Assembly: GCA_043804635.1 (NCBI GenBank)
Contig: JAZDIU010000056.1
Coordinates: 6,376-70,375 of the forward strand
Origin: Chloroflexota bacterium
Lineage (GTDB): Bacteria; Chloroflexota; Dehalococcoidia; Dehalococcoidales; UBA2162
Reading direction: 5' to 3'
DNA: 64,000 nt
Part shown: piece after piece, positions 56,581-62,973 of the stretch
Layout of the letters: each line of letters starts with the position of its first letter
How positions within the stretch are numbered: position 1 is the stretch's first letter
Program-made: the position numbers and the translations under genes
The notes under the pieces: generated by a model
Database searches by the model: none
The model's input: the letters and a program-made list of their open reading frames with translations, nothing else
Told to the model about the DNA's origin: nothing

Positions 56581-56933
56581 TATAAAATTAATGCTATCAC
56601 GATAGTATCTTTCAAAACAAGGAGAAATCAGAGTTCATACGCTAAGCTTTATTTGGTTGGAGCTGCATTTAACTTATAGAGCATATAGATGTGTGGCCTA
56701 CTACTATTTTAGCACTCTATGTCAATACTGCTAAGTGCGTCCGCAGCTTCGGTCTTTTTTTTTGAGGTTTTAGGTGGCCTTTTACCAAACCTTATTGGAG
56801 TTCTGTTGGTTTCGACTTCCCTACTTCTATCACAGACCGATCTAAGTTAGACTTTCTTTCCCAGCTTCTCTGACTTCCTTGAGCTAAGGTTTGAATTTGA
56901 GTTATATTGTCAATAAGAAAGGAGGATGTACAA

Positions 56934-57308
56934 ATGGCTAAAAGTAAAAATACAAAAGAAATCAGTAATAATAACGAGGAGCTAAGATATGTAACCTACC
57001 CCGTTAGGATTAAGGTTATATCTCAAAAAGGGACATGCGTATTTTGCCACAAGGTTGGGGACGAGTGGATCTACAAATACGAACCAGGTAAGAGACCCGA
57101 CACCCCGGACATCTGTGATGGAGCTCTCCATACGATGTCTCTCTATTTGAAGGCACTTTGGTGGGGTACTCCCATTCCTTTTCCGATGCGCGATCCTGAT
57201 ACTCTTTCAGTGGCTTGTCCTGATCCCGATAATACGGTAGTGTTTGAACTAAAACGTCTGAAAGAACAACCCAGTTACTTCTATTACGGAGACAGAATCT
57301 TCTCCTAG
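56934..57308 (+). CDS. TIGR04076-like small Cys/His protein
   Basis: The ATG at 56934 follows the SD GGAGG. VRIKVISQKGTCVFCHKVGDEWIY...PDICDGALHTMSLYLKALWWG...VACPDPDNTVVFELKRL resembles the TIGR04076 family pattern as I recall it. Confidence 0.6.
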   Translation: MAKSKNTKEISNNNEELRYVTYPVRIKVISQKGTCVFCHKVGDEWIYKYEPGKRPDTPDICDGALHTMSLYLKALWWGTPIPFPMRDPDTLSVACPDPDNTVVFELKRLKEQPSYFYYGDRIFS

Positions 57309-57405
57309 AAGCGATAGGAAAGCCCTCCTTGATTTAACTCAAGAAGATTCAAATCAAAAAGCGGATATTATAATATAATGATCTTACAAATATATGAAGT
57401 CCTAC

Positions 57406-57444
57406 CCACTAAAGCATTTTTGCAGGTGGAGTTCGACTCTATCG
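57406..57444 (+). promoter_or_regulatory. conserved upstream element, copy S1 (CCAC-N13-CAGGTGGAGTTCGACTCTATCG)
   Basis: CCCACTAAAGCATTTTTGCAGGTGGAGTTCGACTCTATCG. The 18-mer CAGGTGGAGTTCGACTCT is identical to S2 and S3, and CCAC lies exactly 17 nt upstream of CAGG as in all copies. Confidence 0.8.
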
Positions 57445-57483
57445 GGAAGTGGTATCATTACTGGAGGTAAATCAGAGAGAACT

Positions 57484-57918
57484 TTGAATAAGCATTACTA
57501 TTTTAGGGTTGCCATAGCTCTAGTTGTACTAGTGAGTGGATTACTAGGGTGTACAGAGGTAGAGCAGCAGACTGGCTCTAATTTAACTCAGATACGAGAT
57601 GTCACGTCTCAGGAAGCCTTCAATTTAATCAAGGAAAATAAAGGTAATCCAAATTTCATCATTTTGGATGTCAGGACGGCCGCGGAATTTGATAGCGGAC
57701 ATATTGCCGGTGCGATAAATATCGATGTGAATTTCTCATCATTCCCTGAAGAAATAAAAAAGTTAAACACGGTTAATACCTACCTGGTTTATTGCCGGTC
57801 TGGAAATCGTAGCAGGAAGGCATTAACGATAATGGAGGAATTAAGGTTTACCAGTATTTACCATTTAGCAAACGGAATTACTGAATGGATCAACTCAGGA
57901 TTGCCAGTTGTTCAATAA
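57484..57918 (+). CDS. rhodanese-domain lipoprotein (sulfurtransferase-like)
   Basis: Lipobox LVSGLLGC and a rhodanese fold with active-site loop CRSGNRS. The track start ATG 57394 would translate through conserved element S1, so the TTG at 57484 (MNKHYYFRVAIALVVLVSGLLGC) is preferred. The start remains uncertain. Confidence 0.7.
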   Translation: MNKHYYFRVAIALVVLVSGLLGCTEVEQQTGSNLTQIRDVTSQEAFNLIKENKGNPNFIILDVRTAAEFDSGHIAGAINIDVNFSSFPEEIKKLNTVNTYLVYCRSGNRSRKALTIMEELRFTSIYHLANGITEWINSGLPVVQ

Positions 57919-58041
57919 AAGGCCTGGGTTAGAGTCAAGTTACATGAGAGCCTAAACAAAGAAAATAACAAAGTGGCCTTTTTGTGCGATATGTTGAGAA
58001 AGCTTGCACTACCCCACAAAATTGAATTTTCAATACTAGGT

Positions 58042-59405
58042 TTAGGGTACCGGTGTAGTAATTGACGCATTAGCGATTCTTACTGTTCCGTCAGAGACAG
58101 TAACAGAAACTTCAGCTGTATAGGTTGTCCCGCATACCAAGTTTCCTCTTTCCACAGCATTGTGGTAATTCTGGGTAGATAGTGCCCCGGAATCCGCCCA
58201 AACCGTTCCGTTCACTTTAAGCACCACGCTGATAACCACCAGTGTGTCATCCCCGGTGAGGTTAGCACTATAGGAGACAATCACGGTACTCCGACAGCCG
58301 GTACCATCACCTACACTCTGAGCACTCATGCCTATCGGCATAGCTAATTTGACGGTTGTTGGCGGAGTAGTAGTCGGTGGAGTTGTAGTCGGTGGAGGTA
58401 ATTTTGGAGGTGTGGTTGTCGGAGGAGTCGTGCACGGAGGATAAGGTTTGTCATTAATTTTGAGCACAGGGTGTGTGTTTCCGTTCTTAAACATCGCAGC
58501 GATCTCGTCCGGTTTGGTCACGTTTCCCCTGAAATCCATGTAAGATTTATTGTCCGCTGTCTTACCGCCGTGGCCGGTATAGTAGAAAAATATATCCCTG
58601 GCTCCGGCGTCATACGCTTGCTGAATTGCCTTTTCAATGTCCTGCTCGGTGTTACCTTGTGGAACATATTTTGGAATCTGGGCATTGATATTGAATTTGG
58701 CCGCGTTCACCATATCGTCAGAGAACCCTGCATTGGTCTGCCCAGCACTCCAGCCATTTACCTGTACCATAGCTTCGCCGGCTAGAATGTCTTGCAGAAT
58801 GCTCCACAAGAATTTGGGCGGACCCACTAACGATAACAAAAGTAATTCCGGTTTGGCTGGTTCAGGAAAGTTGGTAGTGGTTTTTCGAGGTAATTCTTCG
58901 GGGATAGTATTGCTATAAGCCCAATTATCTGGATTCCACCTCTGGTCTTTATCTATCCACTTTAAAACAGGCGCACCATCAATATAAGGCCACCATCCTT
59001 GACTAACGGTTCGAAATGCCCCGGTAGCAGCATCGACGAAAACATAGCGCGTCGCGTGGGAGAAAGAGGCAACGGGAGAATCGTCTACCCAAAAGAACCA
59101 GTAGGTGCGGTCATTACTTCTTCAACAAGGTGGGGCAGAGTGGTAACACCGGTGGGAAGTGGATCGGGTGCATATGGGGCGACCTTGGCACCCTGTGCTA
59201 ACGGTTTATCGAGTGTGAAAGCAATTACGGCATGGTCAAGGCTACCAGGTTTGATGACTTGGTCGATAAGTATTTTTATCGCATCAGCTTTGCTTAACGA
59301 TGGAACGAGAGACGGCGATGTTGATGATGTACACCCGGCAAGTAGTGAGCTGAAAACTATAATAGTAGTTAAGAATAAACCAGTTGTTTTTCGATTGTTG
59401 GCCAT
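58042..59405 (-). pseudogene. surface lipoprotein with PT-rich linker, interrupted by a frameshift (or homopolymer sequencing error) near 59088-59095
   Basis: ORF 59085..59405 encodes a lipoprotein signal (SSLLAGC) and stops at TAG. A second frame is open from 59121 with no ATG/GTG/TTG for about 94 codons (YWFFWVDDSPVASFSHATRYVFVD...) and runs into track ORF 58042..58839. One extra T in the TTTT run would read ..PTGSFWVDDSP.. Confidence 0.5.
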
Positions 59406-59618
59406 AAATTAGCTAATGTTACCAATCCAATTGAGGTGTGTCAATAGTTTTAATAGAGGACCTGGGTTAGAAAATACAAAATGCTCGTAGGAGAAATTGC
59501 AATGGTTTGAGTTACGGATTCCAGCTCAATGGAATACCCTAATCTAGTACATTATAATGTTATCATCTTCTAATCTGGACTTCTTTTATTTGCCACGAAC
59601 TTCACGTTAAGTCTGCGC

Positions 59619-59657
59619 CACTCATGAATTGTTTCAGGTGGAGTTCGACTCTCTAAG
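59619..59657 (+). promoter_or_regulatory. conserved upstream element, copy S2
   Basis: CCACTCATGAATTGTTTCAGGTGGAGTTCGACTCTCTAA, ending about 80 nt upstream of the DUF362 ATG. Confidence 0.8.
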
Positions 59658-59736
59658 AATATGTTAGACTATATCTAAGAGGTAATTACGTAAATATTAG
59701 CAGTGATGAAAATAATAGGAGTAAGGAGAATAAGTC

Positions 59737-61014
59737 ATGGCAAAATCGGTGGTCTCGATAGTTAAGGGGACAGATGCTGAAAAAATGGTCGAAGAAGCTC
59801 TTTCCCTGATTGGGGGTGTTGGCTCACTGATAAAACAAGGCTCAGTAGTGGTTATCAAACCTAATTCCATTGGAAATCGCCCCCCTGAACGAGCTACGAG
59901 TACTAGTCCGGCGATGATTAGTGCCGTCATCAAGGTTTTGCGAAAAGCCCAACCTAAAGAGATTATTATGACCGAAAACGTCGTGCCGGCGGATACGCTC
60001 GAGGGTTTTGAGGTAAACGGTCATAAGAAAGCCGCCGAAGATGCCGGAGTAGACAGAATAATCAATATCACCGGATACAAAGACCTGATAAAAATACCGC
60101 TCCGGAACCCTAAAGGTGACACGGATAACATATTTCTGCCCAGGTTCCTCGTAGAGGCAGATCATTTAGTGAATGTGCCTATCTTTAAGACTCATATCAG
60201 TATGATGTATACCGCCGCTATGAAGAACCTCTTTGGATTACTCATCCGCGATGATAAGACCAGAATGCACCTCAACTTCCCCAAAAACGGCCAGGCTGGT
60301 TGTGCTCTTGGCTTGATGGACCTGTGGTCTGCTTCCAGAGCCGACCTCTCGATAGTCGATATGACCCGTGTAACAGAAGGTTATGGACCTCTAGGAGGAA
60401 TCCCGACAGACTTCGGTTGCGTGGTAGCCGGCAAGGACCCGATAGCCGTAGACTCCACCTGCTGCCGGATGACTGGACTTGACATCACCAAGACACCCTA
60501 TTTCCAGGCAATATTGGACTGTAATCTCGGTAAGCACAAAGAAGAAGATATCGAAGTTCGTGGCAGAAAGGTAAAAGAAGTTTTTAAGAAGCTATGGACG
60601 CCTTACCTGGATGATATTGTTAAGAAATATCCAGAGTACAGGTTTTATAAGCATGAAGGTGCCTGCTTCCTTTGTGAGGGGTTAATAGCCTGGAGTCTTG
60701 AAAGAATAAAGCCGCTAGGTGAGTATGAGAAGAATGCCGGTATGTCGATTGTCTATGGCCGAGCTAAAGAGCTTCCGAAAGGTGTCAAACCACAAGACCT
60801 TATTCTCCTGGGTAACTGCATTCCCAAAAAGTTCCGCGATAAGGGAATCTGGGTACAGGCGTGCCCCCCTATCGAAAGGGAGCCTGCATCGGCAATAATA
60901 GACCGAAGGTATGATGGCTGGGGTACACCGACAGTAAATAAAAGAAACTATCGACAAGAGATTGATGATTTTATAGATTATGAGAAGGAATTGAGAGCTG
61001 GCGTAAAATTGTAA
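59737..61014 (+). CDS. DUF362-domain protein
   Basis: 425 aa. N-terminal VVSIVKG...GSVVVIKPNS...TSPAMISAVIKVL...IIMTE matches the DUF362 pattern as I recall it. Cys-rich C-terminus (CFLCEG ... GNCIP ... QACPP). Confidence 0.7.
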   Translation: MAKSVVSIVKGTDAEKMVEEALSLIGGVGSLIKQGSVVVIKPNSIGNRPPERATSTSPAMISAVIKVLRKAQPKEIIMTENVVPADTLEGFEVNGHKKAAEDAGVDRIINITGYKDLIKIPLRNPKGDTDNIFLPRFLVEADHLVNVPIFKTHISMMYTAAMKNLFGLLIRDDKTRMHLNFPKNGQAGCALGLMDLWSASRADLSIVDMTRVTEGYGPLGGIPTDFGCVVAGKDPIAVDSTCCRMTGLDITKTPYFQAILDCNLGKHKEEDIEVRGRKVKEVFKKLWTPYLDDIVKKYPEYRFYKHEGACFLCEGLIAWSLERIKPLGEYEKNAGMSIVYGRAKELPKGVKPQDLILLGNCIPKKFRDKGIWVQACPPIEREPASAIIDRRYDGWGTPTVNKRNYRQEIDDFIDYEKELRAGVKL

Positions 61015-61086
61015 CCGCCCTTGGTGATTTGAACTCTAGTATGGTAGCTAAACTAGAACCGTTTCTCGATTCACGGCAAATTTAAG

Positions 61087-61125
61087 CCACACTAGCAAGT
61101 ATTCAGGTGGAGTTCGACTCTATCG
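61087..61125 (+). promoter_or_regulatory. conserved upstream element, copy S3
   Basis: CCACACTAGCAAGTATTCAGGTGGAGTTCGACTCTATCG, 73 nt after the DUF362 stop and about 93 nt before the next ATG. Confidence 0.8.
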
Positions 61126-61130
61126 ATATT

Positions 61131-61160
61131 TTGATTATTTCCGGCCATTAAAGGTAGTAT
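61131..61160 (+). promoter_or_regulatory. candidate sigma-70 promoter immediately downstream of S3
   Basis: TTGATT (61131-61136), an 18-nt spacer, then TAGTAT (61155-61160). The -35 hexamer starts 27 nt after the CAGG of S3. Confidence 0.4.
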
Positions 61161-61217
61161 TGGACATCAGGGGGAAGCTTGGGTAATGTCTCCAAGCGAT
61201 AAAGAGGAAATTCTGAC

Positions 61218-62312
61218 ATGGATTTCCAGGCAAATTGTCAGACTACAGCTATGGGTATTATGCCCCACACAGACATCGGGAGAGCCCTCGAACTTTCCCT
61301 GAGTCTTGATATACCATTCTGGCCACAATTACCTCGCGTCAGCTACTTTGAAGATATGTATGTGCAGGCATCTGAGTATTTTCCAGGAATAATAATTGAC
61401 GTAGAAAACCAAAAAATCTCACTCGATTCGGCCAAGTTTGCCAATGAACTGGCTGAATATTCAGAGAAAATGGCAGACCCATTGACATTCACTCTGAGCG
61501 ATAAATACTCCGTGGTATATCGACAGTTTCTATCCAAGAACTTAGTCAAATATTCTGCCATTAGAGGTCAAGTAATCGGTCCCGTAAGCTTCGGCTTCAA
61601 AGTATTCGACGAAAACAATATGCCCATTATTTACAATGAGTCAATCAGAACGTTATTATTTGATTTCTTAAGCAGAAAGATTAATGCACAATATACCGAA
61701 CTAAAAGAAAGAAACGAACACGCTTTTGTCTGGATGGATGAGCCCGGTTTGGGCTGGGTATTTAGCGGGTTCTCCGGATATGATGACTTTACGGCAAAAC
61801 GGGAATACGGTGACTTTTTAAAAAGCCTTACCGGTCCGAGTGCGCTACATCTTTGTGCTAACGTTAACCTGCCGTATCTGCTGAGTATTGGCACTAACTT
61901 GCTTTCATTCGATGCCTACCAGATTGAAATCTTACCTAAAGGATATGCGTCAGCTATAGCAGGATTCCTGAAAAACGGCGGCATCATCTCCTGGGGGATT
62001 GTCCCGACCGACTCTTCGGCTCTAGCCAACGAAACACCGGAGAGATTATCCGAACTTCTCCATAATTACTGGAGAATTATAGCTGATAACACCGATATTT
62101 CTATGAAGCAGATAGCACAGCAGGCACTAATTGCTCCGGCTAGATGCTGCCTCAAGAATATGGGGCGGGTCGGCGCAAGTGACGAGAAAGCCGATAAGAG
62201 TAAGAGCTGTACCGTATTATTGCATCCGGAAGAAAAGCTGGTTGAGACTGCTTTTATGTATTTAAAAATGATGTCTAAAGTTCTTAGAAAAGAATTCAGC
62301 TTGTATAATTAA
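61218..62312 (+). CDS. MetE catalytic-domain-like (core-MetE / Meth_synt_2-like) zinc methyltransferase
   Basis: 364 aa. VWMDEPGLG resembles the MetE IQIDEPAL motif. LHLCAN fits the His-x-Cys zinc ligands and PARCCLK fits the PDCGLK Cys ligand. There is no N-terminal folate-binding half. Confidence 0.65.
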   Translation: MDFQANCQTTAMGIMPHTDIGRALELSLSLDIPFWPQLPRVSYFEDMYVQASEYFPGIIIDVENQKISLDSAKFANELAEYSEKMADPLTFTLSDKYSVVYRQFLSKNLVKYSAIRGQVIGPVSFGFKVFDENNMPIIYNESIRTLLFDFLSRKINAQYTELKERNEHAFVWMDEPGLGWVFSGFSGYDDFTAKREYGDFLKSLTGPSALHLCANVNLPYLLSIGTNLLSFDAYQIEILPKGYASAIAGFLKNGGIISWGIVPTDSSALANETPERLSELLHNYWRIIADNTDISMKQIAQQALIAPARCCLKNMGRVGASDEKADKSKSCTVLLHPEEKLVETAFMYLKMMSKVLRKEFSLYN

Positions 62313-62347
62313 CACAATAGAACCAAATCAAGCGAGGAGAGTGAATA

Positions 62348-62812
62348 ATGCGGAACTTTGGAGAAGTTGATAAGCTAAAAAAGCAGTCAAGGATCAAATT
62401 AGAAGAAAATCCGGGTAACCTTTCCCAAGAATTGGCTCAACATTTAGAAGAGATGGTAAAAGCAACACTGAAAGGTGGATATTTGTCTTGCCCAACCGCC
62501 TGGAGAATAGCTAAAGAAGCTAAAGTCTCTAAAATAGCTGTCGGGCAAACCGCTGATAAACTGGGTGTTCGCGTTACAGATTGCCAGCTAGGGTGTTTTA
62601 AGGTTGATAAAATTATTCATGATAAAATTGCTCCAAAGAAGATTGATGATTCAATCAACGCCACTCTTGCAACTATGGAAAAAAATAATAATCTTACTTG
62701 TGAGAAAGTCTTTGAGCTAGCTTTACGGTTGAAAATAAAACCGATGGTAATTGCAGATATCGCGAATTTCCGGAACATGAAAATTCAATGCTGCCAGCTT
62801 GGATGTTTCTAA
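62348..62812 (+). CDS. uncharacterised protein with a tandem duplicated Cys module ending in CQLGCF
   Basis: 154 aa. Module 1 is LSCPTAWRIAKEAKVSKIAVGQTADKLGVRVTDCQLGCF. Module 2 is LTCEKVFELALRLKIKPMVIADIANFRNMKIQCCQLGCF and forms the C-terminus. SD GAGGAG lies upstream. It starts 36 nt after the MetE-like gene. Confidence 0.6.
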   Translation: MRNFGEVDKLKKQSRIKLEENPGNLSQELAQHLEEMVKATLKGGYLSCPTAWRIAKEAKVSKIAVGQTADKLGVRVTDCQLGCFKVDKIIHDKIAPKKIDDSINATLATMEKNNNLTCEKVFELALRLKIKPMVIADIANFRNMKIQCCQLGCF

Positions 62813-62868
62813 TGCAACGTAAAATTAAATTCAGATTCTAATAGCTTCGAAGGTTGTTCCAAATCTAA

Positions 62869-62907
62869 CCACACGAGCATGCGTTCAGGCGGAGTTCGAC
62901 AAACTCG
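62869..62907 (+). promoter_or_regulatory. conserved upstream element, copy S4 (diverged)
   Basis: CCACACGAGCATGCGTTCAGGCGGAGTTCGACAAACTCG has the same CCAC-to-CAGG spacing (17 nt) and one mismatch in CAGGYGGAGTTCGAC. The 3' part differs but still allows the hairpin GAGTT-CGACA-AACTC. Confidence 0.7.
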
Positions 62908-62911
62908 CAAA

Positions 62912-62941
62912 TTGTCCGAGTCATTCGAGGTGTGCTATACT
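62912..62941 (+). promoter_or_regulatory. candidate sigma-70 promoter immediately downstream of S4
   Basis: TTGTCC (62912-62917), an 18-nt spacer, then TATACT (62936-62941). The -35 hexamer starts 26 nt after the CAGG of S4. Confidence 0.4.
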
Positions 62942-62973
62942 CAATTTCGCGGTTGTTGATTGAAAATCGAAAG

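Noticed and set aside
57394-57483. ATG at 57394 as the start of the rhodanese gene.
   Set aside because: It would translate through conserved element S1, which is intergenic in the other three copies. It would also add 30 non-signal residues in front of an obvious lipoprotein signal peptide. The downstream TTG start has a poor SD, however, so the true start is unresolved.
58376-58384. GGTGGAGTT inside the lipoprotein gene, matching 9 nt of the conserved element core.
   Set aside because: It lies in coding sequence on the opposite strand, where it encodes part of the Thr-Pro linker (ACT CCA CC repeats). It lacks the CCAC box and the TCGAC part, so it is coincidental.
59697-59933. 78-aa minus-strand ORF overlapping the DUF362 start.
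   Set aside because: It is antisense to the DUF362 gene, which has an SD (AGGAG) and family-typical N-terminus.
57406-62907. The four-copy element interpreted as tRNA/tmRNA 3'-end fragments marking genomic-island integration (att) sites, as integron attC sites, or as a CRISPR-like array.
   Set aside because: No integrase or recombinase is present. With a 7-nt T-loop the flanks do not pair, so it is not a true tRNA T-arm. No GTTRRRY/RYYYAAC core pair was found. Spacing between copies is 1.5-2.2 kb with full genes between them, not a repeat-spacer array.
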